A model generated the notes under the pieces. The model saw only the letters and a program-made list of their open reading frames with translations, was not told where the DNA came from and searched no databases. From Eledone cirrhosa (Eukaryota), in NCBI GenBank assembly GCA_964016885.1, contig OZ024743.1:59458001-59522000 (forward strand): 64,000 nucleotides of DNA. Reading direction: 5' to 3'. The position numbers and the translations under genes are program-made. Below, piece by piece: positions 14,621 to 28,249 of the stretch (position 1 is its first letter; each line of letters starts with the position of its first letter).

Positions 14621-15114
14621 AGTGTGTGTATGTGTGTGTATAGAATGCATGTATGCTTATTTAAGAAAGTGTAATCCTTAACTTTATAACATTTCGTACA
14701 TCTATTTATCACGCTGCAACAACAGCACTAGTTAGTTCACTACTACTGCAACACACAAATAACATCCGAAATTCTCCTCTCTTCTTTCACAGACTCTCTT
14801 TTCTCCGTTTCATTATACTTCTCTTTTCTTTCGTTTCATCTTTCACTCATTTATCTGTTATTTTAATGTTCCATTATTCTATTCTACGGATAATGCTTTA
14901 CATATAACTTTCTTTCTCATACAACTAACAAACCACTTCGGCAGTGTGATACATAGGGATCTGTTTTAAATTGCTTATATACATATGTACACAGACATGT
15001 ATACACACAGACACACAAACGCATATACATACATATATATATAAGACCCTCTTCCTGCTATATCAAACGTTAACCTAATGTATCCCTTCCATATACTGTA
15101 CCGATTGTGTTGTC

Positions 15115-15297
15115 GGCGGATTGGCAGTATCGGTAGAGAGTCGGACGCCATGTTTTGCAGCAAAGAGTTACGGCCCTTTATGGTCTGAGTTCAAATCCCG
15201 CCGAGGTTAACTTTGCCTTTCATACTTACAGGGTCGATAAAATAAAGTACCAGTAATACACTGGGATAATTGCTGGCCTTGTGCCAAAAGTAGAAGC
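15115..15297 (+). mobile_element. tRNA/Nin-domain SINE copy
   Basis: Matches the SINE consensus including B-box and core. Confidence 0.88.
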
Positions 15298-15330
15298 CGT
15301 TATTTCTGTTTACCTTTTATATATATATAT

Positions 15331-15385
<55 letters not shown>

Positions 15386-15730
15386 AAACGAGTCAGGACC
15401 CCGACGGCTGAGTTCCGGCCGTTTCGAAAGCTAGATCCGAACACACACGCACACATATATAAATACATATATATTAACCGTCCATCATATTCTTATGTAA
15501 GAACCTTTTTTAAGTTATGTTCCAAAAACCAGACTAATAATGAAAATGTTACTTTTTTATTTCTTAACAAATTACGATCCTATGATACAAGGATGCTTAT
15601 TTCGAAGTATATATCACTTCAAGGAAAACATGATTCTGATGAGCTATCGATTCGAGAATCAGGTGCGAAAGATACTGATTATACATTGAGCTGATCGATC
15701 TCGAAACACGCATCACAAGTTAATAGACAT

Positions 15731-15910
15731 AATTGTTTCTACTTTAGGCACAAGGCCAGCAAATACCCAGTGCATTACTGGTACTTTATTTCATCGACCC
15801 CGTAAGGATGAAAGGCAAAGTCAACCTCGGCGGGATTTGAACTCAGATCGTAAAGGGACGTAACTATGCTGGAAAGCATGGCGTCCGACCCTCTACCGAT
15901 ACTGCCAAAT
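15731..15910 (-). mobile_element. tRNA/Nin-domain SINE copy
   Basis: Reverse complement of the SINE consensus. Confidence 0.88.
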
Positions 15911-15965
15911 AGACATAATGATGATAGTTTGACACCACCTTCCTACTCCTTATTATTTTCATTGT

Positions 15966-16001
<36 letters not shown>

Positions 16002-16101
16002 AGAATTAAAATACTAGAGTGCGTTGGAGTAAAACACACTCGTCATATTATAGAAATGACAGTATAGGATATAGCTCAATGTAATACAACAGAGCCGAAA
16101 A

Positions 16102-16294
16102 ATTATAAAAAATAGACAAAGAAGCCTTCAATACATCAAAAGTCTTTATTAGCCTACAATGTTTCGTCCCATTAAGAACTCATCAGGGCAATTAAACCGA
16201 TAATTGTCCTGATGAGTCCTTAATGGGACGAAACATTGTAGGATAATAAAGTCTTTTGATGTATTGAAGACTTCTTTGTCTATTTTTATAATTT

Positions 16295-16298
<4 letters not shown>
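16102..16298. repeat. Fold-back element with back-to-back hammerheads
   Basis: Arms ~16102-16194 / 16201-16298 with a 6-nt spacer. Confidence 0.9.
16148..16192 (-). ncRNA. Minimal hammerhead ribozyme (mirror copy 16203-16247 +)
   Basis: AUUGCC-CUGAUGA-GUUCU uaau GGGAC-GAAAC AUU GUA-GGC(U)AAU, followed by AATAAA. Canonical core and G-C base of stem II. Confidence 0.82.
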
Positions 16299-16333
<35 letters not shown>

Positions 16334-16853
16334 GGTTTTCACAAGATGCTTTATGTTGTTTCAAACACTAACTTAATAATGATAAAATTTATTCTACCAA
16401 ATCCCTCCAAATTCTTCATATTTTCTAAATTTATTAAAAATCACAGGTAGTGCCTTTCTTTTAATCTGTTTAATTACAATATTTCATTCTAACAATATTA
16501 AATCTTTTGCTACTTATAGATTTTAAATTTACTTATTTCCACATTTCAGTTTCCCATTATTAACTTCATTATATCAATTTGTCCTTCTACCAATATTCCT
16601 ATAGTGACATAGCTTATTCTCAATTTGAAATTGTTTGAAAATGTCTTTATTCATAAATTTTATTATAAGAATATTAAATATTTCAACGTTTCACTCTGCC
16701 ACTTTTCAATCTTTTATTTGAGCAATATTTCGTTACTTACATATTTCATTCTTACAATATTAAATCTTTCGTTCTTTCTTCACATTGATCATTACCATAA
16801 TATTAAATGTTTCACCTTTTTTAATGACATATATATATATAAACGTTTGTAGT

Positions 16854-16887
<34 letters not shown>

Positions 16888-16925
16888 TATATATATATTT
16901 ATATATATATATATATATTTTTTTT

Positions 16926-16963
<38 letters not shown>

Positions 16964-17819
16964 GTAGTTGTATTATAGTAGTATATATATATATGTATCA
17001 TATTCATCCTATTAAATCATTTTTTCTTTCGAACTACCATTTTACCAATATTTCATAATTAAAATATTTAATTTATTTTCGGTGTAAATTCGCCTTAGAA
17101 TAGGACAATTTATCTATACTTTCAGCTAGAGGCGACTAAAGGTTATGGCGTCAGGAAGGACATCTCTCTGAAAACATTGTCAAAATTACAACACAATGGT
17201 GGGCGTGAAATATATCATGTGGCCTGCATAGCTAACTACTGATGAAATTTGTTTTAAATCAATGCTTTTCTCGCTTTCATTCACGCTCCCTTTAACGTAG
17301 TCTTTGTGAAAGCAGCCTCATAGGATGGTTAAGACTTTCGCTTCGCAATCATTTTTTCCCAGGTTTGATAATGTTTTACGGGATGCAAACAAATGCCTTT
17401 TCCTATATGTTCCCGTTACCTACCTACATGCATATGCCAACGAGAATATTCTGAACAAAAAATCATAGACAATTTCGTAATGTAAATCAAATTAAATAAA
17501 ACGTTTACATTTAACATCTCCACCCTTATCCAAATGGATAAGGGGTATCCCCAACCCCAAAACATACAGATGAAATACTCCAAGACACAGTACTAAAGAA
17601 CAATTATAATTTCAGACTTTTCATTGCTTAATTTATATTCAGTTTTCCACATTGTATATACATTTAATTCAGAAGATATTTGAAAGGCAAATCTATTTAA
17701 AACTTAAATTAAAATAGTATTCGTACGTAAGGATATGTATGGCTGTGTAGATATTTATGTATGTGTGTATAAGAGAGTATAAGCGTGCGAACGTATACAT
17801 ACCTGCGCATTTAACAAGC

Positions 17820-17975
17820 CTGGTCCTTGAAATAAAAGTACAATTGATATTTTCAGGTGAGTGGATTGAAGAATCGTGACATAAAGCGTCTTCCCGAAGG
17901 ACACAAAACACCACTCGATTCGGGATTCGAAATTCACGAACTTGCGATCGTGGGTAAGCCCAACGCACTAATCTC
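17820..17975 (-). mobile_element. Degenerate tRNA-derived SINE of a second family
   Basis: Minus strand: TTAGTGCGTTGGGCTTAC...TTCGAATCCCG...GTGTCCTTCGGGAAGACGCTTTA, a tRNA head plus SINE core. Confidence 0.45.
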
Positions 17976-18186
17976 GATATATACATTTCATAATGAAAAC
18001 AATATCATATGATAACCATTTTGTTAGAATTGTTTGGTAATTTATAATTTCAGAAAGTATACCATGATATCTCCCTCACTATCTCATTTTGTGACGCCGT
18101 ACTATTCTGATAAGACCTATCCATACTACGGGTGAATGTACAGCAACAGCAATTTATAGCTTTCTACTTACTAACATGCCTAGCTG

Positions 18187-18326
<140 letters not shown>

Positions 18327-18327
18327 C

Positions 18328-18358
<31 letters not shown>

Positions 18359-18385
18359 CATATATATATACATATATATATATAC

Positions 18386-18508
<123 letters not shown>

Positions 18509-18529
18509 CATATATACATATATATATAC

Positions 18530-18566
<37 letters not shown>

Positions 18567-18572
18567 AATATT

Positions 18573-18612
<40 letters not shown>

Positions 18613-18666
18613 TTTATATATATATATATATATATATAAATATTTATATATATATATATATATAAA

Positions 18667-18704
<38 letters not shown>

Positions 18705-18734
18705 TTTATATATATATATATATATATATATAAA

Positions 18735-18802
<68 letters not shown>

Positions 18803-18804
18803 TT

Positions 18805-18860
<56 letters not shown>

Positions 18861-18894
18861 TTTATATACATATATATATATATATATAAATATT

Positions 18895-18938
<44 letters not shown>

Positions 18939-18940
18939 TA

Positions 18941-18976
18941 GAGAACAATTGTTTCACCTTCGCGGATCTTCAGCTC
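18941..18976 (-). ncRNA. Minimal hammerhead, AAUU-loop family
   Basis: GAG-CUGAAGA-U CC gcgaa GG U-GAAAC AAUU GUU-CUC, running directly into (AT)n. Confidence 0.72.
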
Positions 18977-19079
18977 GGGATGTGTATGGTTATAGACACT
19001 TCCACCTAACTCGTCCCTTGGACTGAGTGTTCTATCACTCCGGATATTACCTTCCAGTGTTCCACCACTATATTTATAT

Positions 19080-19805
19080 ATAAATGGAATAGAATGAAAC
19101 GAAATTTCATTTCTCACTCTTAGTACGGCACTTACTTAAATGTGTCAGTGTTGAACAAAAAGGTGACGTGGTTGCCTAAACACTGTACGGCGTAATTCGG
19201 GCTGTTTGTTTGTTTACAAACATACAAACCGAGCATTATAATAAATGTTCGGTAAACCGATACGTGCATATATTTATGTGTGCATGTATGTATGTATATA
19301 CATACTACTGTACGTTTGTATACATATATGTATGTACGTATACATATATACATACTTACATTTGAGTAAGTGCCGTACGAAGAGTGAGAAATGAAATTTC
19401 GTTTCATTCTATTCCATTTATCGTTTTCGGTCTGCGCGACCGACTGAACTCACTCGATATGCAAATTAGGCTGCTCAGCCGTTAATATGCATTAGGAAAA
19501 TATATACTTTCAGACGTTCAACCATCTGGCAGTAAGGTATACGATGCTGACGATAGCTAATAAGGTTGAAACTAGTACATCGTTCCTGTGTCAGTGTTGA
19601 ACAAAAAGGTGACATGATTGCCTAAACATTGTACAGCGTAATTCGGGCTGTTTGTTTGTTTACAAACAAACAAACCGAGCATTATAATAAATGTTCGGTA
19701 AACCGATACGTGCATATATATATGTGTGCATGTATGTATATATATACATTCTACTGAACGTCTGTATATATATATGTATGTACGTATACATACGTACATA
19801 CTTAC

Positions 19806-19810
<5 letters not shown>
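19080..19810 (+). mobile_element. Family A HHR-containing partial tandem (period ~456 bp) with an inverted 5' segment
   Basis: TGTGTCAGTGTTGAAC recurs at 19141 and 19597. 19080-19143 is the inverse of ~19357-19421. HHR at 19541-19583. Confidence 0.8.
19541..19583 (+). ncRNA. Minimal hammerhead, family A (CUAG loop)
   Basis: ACGAUG-CUGACGA-U AGC uaauaa GGU U-GAAA CUAG UA-CAUCGU. Perfect 6-bp stem I; one mismatch in stem II. Confidence 0.75.
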
Positions 19811-19900
<90 letters not shown>

Positions 19901-20894
19901 CATGTACATGTAGGTAGGGAGGGTTTTGAGTAACTCCATATCAATCAGTCGAGTGGCCTTCTTGGATACACTATCGAAGGTTTGTGTGTGGAATCAGATC
20001 TCCATTGTGAAACCCACCTGACATTTCTAGATATTTAATACATATTGTTGGTCCAGAAGTCCTCTCAATATAATCTCATATGTTGTGATGTTGAATAATA
20101 TTACAGTAGCTTTGAAATGTATATTTGCTACTGTTGTTATTGTATATTAAAATTTTGTGTATTTTAACTAATGTATTTTTTTTTATCTATTCTTTACCTA
20201 AACATCTGATTAGACATAGATAGTCTGTCGAATGATAGGCTACAACATATTCACGTAGCACTCTATAAGCTTACAGACATAATTCAAACACTGATATGTA
20301 ACAAGTTTTGTAGAATAGTAACTACGGCATTTAGTTACGGCTCTTTACATTATACGTTCAAATCGTGTCGATGTCCACTTTGCCGTTCATCTTTTCATTC
20401 ATGTACTGGAATCGAGATAATCAATGTATACCAGGTCTTGCTGAATATTTCCTGGCTTTGGGTAACATAAATTGCTAGAGGATCGGTTAATTACGATGTT
20501 ATTCAACATATTCCACTCTCTGGCTCTCACATTTATTGCAGTTGTCCTCAAATTTTTCTAAGCTGTGAAAAAAGATCGAGGATGGTTTGACCTCCAGCCA
20601 AGCCGCTGTAACAGTGATCACGCCAGGAATCTTTGAGCACCACCTCCTAAACCTTTCCCATAAACTGATGGAGTTTTGCCTAAATTTGAAACCACTAACA
20701 CTAATGTATGAAATACAATTTGTCTGCCTGACTTGTTACTTATATTATGTACCATTCATTGTAATGATGTGAATTTAGACCATCTAGTGACGGGGTGGAG
20801 TCAAATTCCAAATGAAAACGATTGGAACTTCGTTGGTGTTTATTTGAGAACAGTTTTTAGGGTTAAACTTGTTAGTGAGGTTTTTACTACTTTG

Positions 20895-20927
<33 letters not shown>

Positions 20928-21184
20928 GGCCATTCTATGGGCTTTAAAAAAGAATGTTGTCTTTGGAATTTTCTAGTAGATATGGCTGGTCATTTGAAGC
21001 TGATTATTATAAGTACTACTGCAAGCAATATCTGCTTGTTTTTTTTCAAGCGAATCCACATAGATCACGTAACACATAGTATATTCAAAATACTTCAAGT
21101 CCACATAACTGGCGATTTTCGTTTAACCTCAATCAATTACTGCATCCAAAGATGGAATCGTGCCTTATTATTTCATATATATTA

Positions 21185-21390
21185 TGGCAGTATCGATAGA
21201 GGGTCGGACACCATGCTTTGCAGCAAAGAGTTACGGCCCTTTATGGTCTGAGTTCAAATCCCGCCGAGGTTAACTTTGCCTTTCATCCTTATGGGTCGAT
21301 AAAATAAAGTACCAGTAATGCACTGGGGTGGATTTAATTAACATTACCATCCCCCAAAAGTGCTGGCTTTATGCCGTTAGTAGACGTTAT
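21185..21390 (+). mobile_element. tRNA/Nin-domain SINE copy
   Basis: Matches the SINE consensus. Confidence 0.85.
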
Positions 21391-21399
21391 TATTTCATA

Positions 21400-23330
21400 T
21401 ATATTGTGAATAGGACAACCTCTGTTCCTCCAAGTTACGTAAATGCATATTGCCTCCTCTCAAAGAAACCTAACATACCAGCATTGTTTAATCTCCTTCC
21501 CACTTTTGACCAGATGCACATATTTGTCACTATGTTAATTGATTCCTGCTTATGACGCCAGTATTTGAACATTCATTACACAACTAAGCTTTCATACAAC
21601 TGTTTAAGTTGAACATTAACGTTAACAATCTGACCATTCTCTGTTGCTTGGCGTGTTTCTATTGTGAGAATTTGGTGATGACGGGGATATGAATAGGTGA
21701 TCATTATTACGGCTTTGTTGTCATTGCTGGGGCTATAGAAGCCAGTTGGTGGATACACAAATTGACATTTAGTGAGGAGATATTTTAGCAGCTTGTCAAT
21801 TATAAATGGGTAACTAGATTATAGAGGATAGAACACGAGTTTAGCCATGTCTTACTTCGAGATATTTAGAGATTTTTTTCCAGATTTGCTTGTGTATTCT
21901 ACTCTCTTCCATATGTAGGTGCATTATGTCAATATACATAAAGTGTCAATCTTGTTTAAGTGATTGTGGTTTTGCAAACTTTTATTGCGTTATTTTAAGA
22001 AGATTGTCTACTATTACGAAAATGTATTTGAATTTATATATTATTGGTTTGAAATGAAGAAAGAGGAATCCATTTAACAATGAATATATCATTATTAATT
22101 TGGATTAGATTTGCTTTATGTTGGGACTAAAATTTTACCATTTGCATTCCTGATATAGCCTCCGATGAAATGTATAATTAATTTACATTGTTAAACTGTC
22201 TATTTAAACCATTTACGCATAATTACAATGACCCATTGAATTAGTTAAGTTTACAAGTTATGCGCTAGTTGTAGCGGTGTTGTGCATTTTCGCGCTATAC
22301 TTGAGATTTAATATGGAAGCTGGTTTCGTTTTTGATGTTAGTAATGCTACCGCTGCTTTTCAATCATACTTTAACTTTGGTCGAACATTTCCACCTTAGG
22401 GATATCTATAACTATATTAAACAATATAACATTACCTTTCATAAGATGAGAGATATTTTACTGTTATTTCTAACATGTCGAGCATCAGTAACATAGTAAC
22501 CGCATATAATCTATCTTGAAATGTAAGGTGCTGTGCAAAGGTCAACTACAAATATTTCACGCAAATCTCATATATGTTGCAAAATATCCCGAAAGAAAAA
22601 TAAAACACACACACTCGCAGAGACAAAATGTATTTGTTTGAGGAGGCGATTTAATTTCAGATCCGCGTTTTAAGGAATCAGATAGTGAATTATAAAGTTT
22701 TTTTCAGGTATACATGGCTAACTCTCAATTGTATGTAGTATGGGGATAGGACATAACAGTCAGCAGGAGTAATGCAGTAGTGGAATAAAATATTTGTATA
22801 AAATTATTAATACATTTTTGATGGTAATGCATATTTTTATTCAACGTCAAATTGTTTAAAGTAATTCCTGTTAAACTATATTTAAATATATTTTTTGGCA
22901 ACGAATTTGCAGAGTCGCAGAAGCATTATAATACATGACACGCTCCTTACGTGCTCCAAATACCTATTGTCATACTTTTTTGTCGATAAAAAGGAATGTA
23001 CCAGTCCGGTAAATGTTGATTGGCGGAAATTTTCAAAAGTTGCTTTTTAGGTTTTTTGGGGTATTTGTTCTGTCTCTCTGTATTCTTACTTCAGATCCTA
23101 TCCCATTTGCGTAGATTTCAACAAGACATAGTGTCAGTAAGAAAGGAACTATGGAAACATTGCTTCCTTGGTTTGATTTGACGATCGCTTCATTTTCCAT
23201 TCGTTTTATGTACTGCCAGAAAAGGTACAGGATTTCTATTGGATTCAAACCGAAATCATAAACAAATCGATAAGAAACATCAATTTCAACTACTGAAACA
23301 TCAATACAAGGTTGCCACTTCAATAAAATT
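21400..23330 (-). pseudogene. Possible highly decayed piggyBac (PGBD-like) transposase relic
   Basis: Minus-strand peptide remnants in piggyBac order: NPIEILYLF..AIVKSN..EIYANGIG; KFPPINIY..RVM..LLRLCKF; TFCLCE; DNKAVIMIT; KQCWYVRF. Similarity judged by eye only. Confidence 0.3.
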
Positions 23331-23812
23331 AGATTTTCGAAATTTGCTTCTGCGAGAGTACAACGTCTATTTCCTGCGGAATCTAATACTAAAAGTTTAT
23401 TAGCATACCATCACTCAATCTGTTATGATCAATAAAGCTTATTTGTTCAGATTTTAACAATACTTTGGGGCTTTCAGAATTAATGCATACAAATGCAATT
23501 TAGCTCTGTAATAACAACAAACAATTGTTTCGCAATTCTGCATTCGAAAAACACATGTGCAAATGTCGTTCTGTTATAATGTAGTCAAAAGTGGAGATTT
23601 GAAGCATATTTTTTTTAATGTCAAACTATGCGGCAATATTAGTTTTCAAAATCTCACAAAAGTGTACGAATTCATTCTTCTTTCGTAGTTTTTTTTTAAC
23701 TGTAGGCAATACATGGTTTATGATGGGAATACATTTATATATGCCCTCTGGTAAAGGGAATCATAGTAGATGAATGTATAAAAATATACTATAATTATAT
23801 AACTTCACTTAA

Positions 23813-23852
<40 letters not shown>

Positions 23853-23930
23853 GTAATATTTGGAAGGTAATATCTGTAGTGGTAGAGCACTCAATCCATG
23901 GGACGAGTTTGATAGAAGTAGTAACACAGT

Positions 23931-23971
23931 CCGATCTGAAGATCCGCATAAGGTGAAACAATTGTTCTCGG
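23931..23971 (+). ncRNA. Minimal hammerhead, AAUU-loop family
   Basis: CCGAU-CUGAAGA-U CC gcauaa GG U-GAAAC AAUU GUU-CUCGG. Confidence 0.72.
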
Positions 23972-24000
23972 TATGGTGAACTAACTGTTGTGTTACTACT

Positions 24001-24114
<114 letters not shown>

Positions 24115-24433
24115 ATGTGTGTGTGTGTGTGTGTAAAAGTTCTATTTAAATCGTTGGGATACAACAAGCAAATATTTTTATAACTGATATAAAGCACTCA
24201 ACAATTATTTGGAGTAAAAATACGATATTAACAAATGGAAACTATATTTATAAAACCATATTTATTTCTTTATACATATTTCAAGGACACCAAGTTAAAT
24301 TATGGTGTGCTTTCATCAGATAAAATATAATATAGATCAGTTGTATAAATAAATAATGACATACCCTTAAAGAATGCAACCATTACTGTTATTTAAGTGA
24401 AGTTATATAATTATAGTATATGTATATATATAT

Positions 24434-24764
24434 ATATTGTTATACTTGGGGAGGGTCATATTTGTGTAATACTGCCAGAATTAATAACAGAACACACTCA
24501 CTGTTTGGTTGGTTTTCGCTTCTCGTTGGTGTTCGTGTCAATATTGTATCTGTATTATTTTTGACCGTCGGTCAGTCAATGGCAACATTGAGGACCGAGT
24601 AAGTTAGATTACCGATATAAAGACAGCGAGAAGCGAAAACCAGTGAGTGTGTTCTGTTATTAAGTCTGGCAATATTACACAAATATGACCCTCCCCAAGT
24701 ATAACAATATTTGTTTCGACACAAGATTTCATATAAAAAAACTCGCAAAACTAATTCATCGACG

Positions 24765-24765
<1 letters not shown>
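24434..24765. repeat. Family D inverted-repeat element (other copies ~47800-48575, ~51265-51782, ~53180-53597)
   Basis: Shared terminus ATATTGTTATACTTGGGAGGGTCAT occurs in both orientations around a unique middle; inserted in (AT)n. Confidence 0.8.
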
Positions 24766-24856
<91 letters not shown>

Positions 24857-24857
24857 C

Positions 24858-24950
<93 letters not shown>

Positions 24951-24961
24951 ATATGTATATG

Positions 24962-25004
<43 letters not shown>

Positions 25005-25027
25005 ATATGTATATGTGTATATATACA

Positions 25028-25108
<81 letters not shown>

Positions 25109-25119
25109 ATATGTATATG

Positions 25120-25162
<43 letters not shown>

Positions 25163-25185
25163 ATATGTATATGTGTATATATACA

Positions 25186-25234
<49 letters not shown>

Positions 25235-25237
25235 ATA

Positions 25238-25306
<69 letters not shown>

Positions 25307-25311
25307 ATATA

Positions 25312-25353
<42 letters not shown>

Positions 25354-25951
25354 AATATATATATATATATACGTTTGTATGCGTATGTATGTATGTATAT
25401 ATATATATGTATATATGTATGTGTATATATATGTATGTGTGTGTGTGTGTGTGTGTTAATGTGTCTGTCACCACCTTCAATATAGCTTAAGGGAAATTGG
25501 ATGATAATAATATGATAGGCTCCGAAAATGTTGAACTGGTTTATAGAATTCTCTTGGCCTTTGTTTACTCTAAGTAGAACTTTAAAGAATTTCCCTTTTC
25601 TTTAAATCCATCAACCATGACCGACCCCCAACGATCTTATAGACACCTGAAATATAGGCATTGTTAGCTTAAGAGAAACTTAAAAATAAGGATTGGCACC
25701 CCATTCTGAACTTGTTTATAGAATTCTTTCTGCCTTTGTCACTCTAAATATAAATTATAGCCTTAATAATTTAGCTTCTAATGACTTCCCTTTTCTTTCA
25801 ACCAATGACCTCCACCCATCCCACTCCACACCCTCTCCTACCACCTGAAAAGATATAAATACCACAACATTTATTTTTGGAAAGCCAGATTCCTGCTGAT
25901 TTCTAAAGAATGAAACAGTTCTAGTCCTGTAGAATCTCATCTATATTAAAA

Positions 25952-25998
<47 letters not shown>

Positions 25999-26890
25999 AA
26001 ATGAAAATTATAACGAGATGTCCTACACGAGTGAAAGTATAAGGAAACAAGATGAACTCGAAAATGCAGTTGGAGTCTTTTTGAAAATATTTACTTGGTT
26101 CCTGCACCGGCATCGCTGTTCTTGTGCTTTTCACAAGAATTGAGATGGAGGATTTGTGGTTTTTCTCTTATATATATGACTAGGACGTTTTCAATGTTTA
26201 ATAGACTGGTAGAGAGATTTGATGGAGAGTAATGATCAATTGGCACTATATATGGTCCGAAGATGAGCACTAATATGGATTATGTAGAAGTACTGATTGA
26301 GGAATTACACCTAGTGATATGTTGGTTGTAATAATATTCTGATAAGTTAGTTTCTTGTAGAAAATGCTAAGATAAAATTATAACTTTTAAAGATTTTATC
26401 TTATTAAAATGTCAATAATTTTATTGGCTTTGCTTTTATATATACTTAACTGTATGTTTTGATCTGATATTTAATATGGAACATAAATATCATTAAGACT
26501 ATCCTGACACTTTTCACATTTTCTTGGATTTTTGGCAGTCAAATTTTACGCAAATTCGAACATTTTCCTTAGATGTTCTCATAGATCACTGGCTTATTAA
26601 ATACACTCAATAGACCTAAAACTGTCATTATTCAAAATATTCTAACAAATTTCCACATATATGCATATTTTGTGATTAATGAATTTCATACACATTAAGC
26701 AACTTTAAAATTATATAAATGGATAAAGATTATTTCATAAATATGTCTTAATATTCATCTAATATATTTTAGCAAGATATATATTATACTATGCAAGAGT
26801 GGTCACCACAAATATATGTGCATTCATACATAAATATATAGATACACATATCCGTACACATACGATTCAACCATACCCCCACACACACAT

Positions 26891-26938
<48 letters not shown>

Positions 26939-27647
26939 GCATACAGTCATACAGATATGTATACATACATACATACATACATACAGACATACATATAGAA
27001 AAGATATATAGGCTCGAATTTATTCGCTCCTGTCTCTCATTCTCTAAACTCTATTGCGAATGTTTCTGCGTGTATGTTTGTACATATAGCTATATATATA
27101 CACACACACACATATGCCACCCTACGTTGGACATTTCAAGCATGCGCCCTTAGTCACAAATATACACTCTCACAAGAGCCAGCTCGGTTACGGTCCAACG
27201 CCTATCCATCACGGTTTTGCACAGAAAAAGAAACAAATCGACACAAAGCCACACTCACACAAAATGTTCTCTCTCACAAACACACATACACATGTGTAAA
27301 TGCGCGAACGCACACAGACGCACGTACTTGTCCACATAAATATGCAATGACTATTACGCTTTTATAACCTCTCTAATATTGAAGATACTCACTGACCAGC
27401 ATTTCCTTAAGACGGCTGACTGAATACGCACGTAACTTTACTCTAACGAGTTTTACATCCCTTCCTTTTTTCAATATTTATTTGTTTGTTTTATATTTCA
27501 TTTGTCATTCTGTCATTTGGGGACGGACTAGTGTCTGAAACGTAAATACTATTTTCTTAATCTATCAAGCATTAATCTTTTCAATGTATTGTCTGGACTG
27601 TTTTGTTTTTTCTGTTTTGCAATTCGTATACGCTCACACACACGTAC

Positions 27648-27769
<122 letters not shown>

Positions 27770-28249
27770 TGAGGGAGAGGGAGTCTACGGTGTTGAGACC
27801 GAATAGACCACAAATCTGGGAAAATTCTAAGCATGAGAAGAAATAGAGTGGGTATAGATGAAGGTAAAAACCCGACCATGACGTCATACGGTTTCTGATT
27901 ACATTCAGCACGCAATTTCAGGGGACCCTTGAATCTTGCTGAATATAATACGAAACGGGTTGAAGACGCGGTTTTCTTTTTACCTTCTTATAAATATATA
28001 CTTATCTACACGTATTGGATTATATTGTGATGCTTTTGAATGGTAATAATTATACTGCGGCAGCTCTCATTCTTCAAACCGTATCCCTCAAACTTTCTAC
28101 ATAAAATACTGTCTTTGGGACATAGAACGTCCACCTCCTGTAGGCCTTCGGAAACCGAAGTGATACACACGCAAATTTTCCACATATACACCTTAATCAT
28201 TGTCGGTCCGGTTGTACATTATCAAGCACATTAGTATATACACTCCATG

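Noticed and set aside
15630-15720. CTGATGA...GAAAC ACGC ATC hammerhead-like motif
   Set aside because: Stem II is plausible, but stem I does not pair and stem III is mismatched; at best a decayed copy, so not called.
22155-22205. CCGATGA plus hairpin AATGTA/TACATT
   Set aside because: Lacks GAAA and a stem I; could be chance in AT-rich DNA.
25886-25940. Hammerhead-like motif (also ~34650-34695)
   Set aside because: Cores are mutated (CTGCTGA / ATGATGG) and stem I is unclear; counted only as decayed relics.
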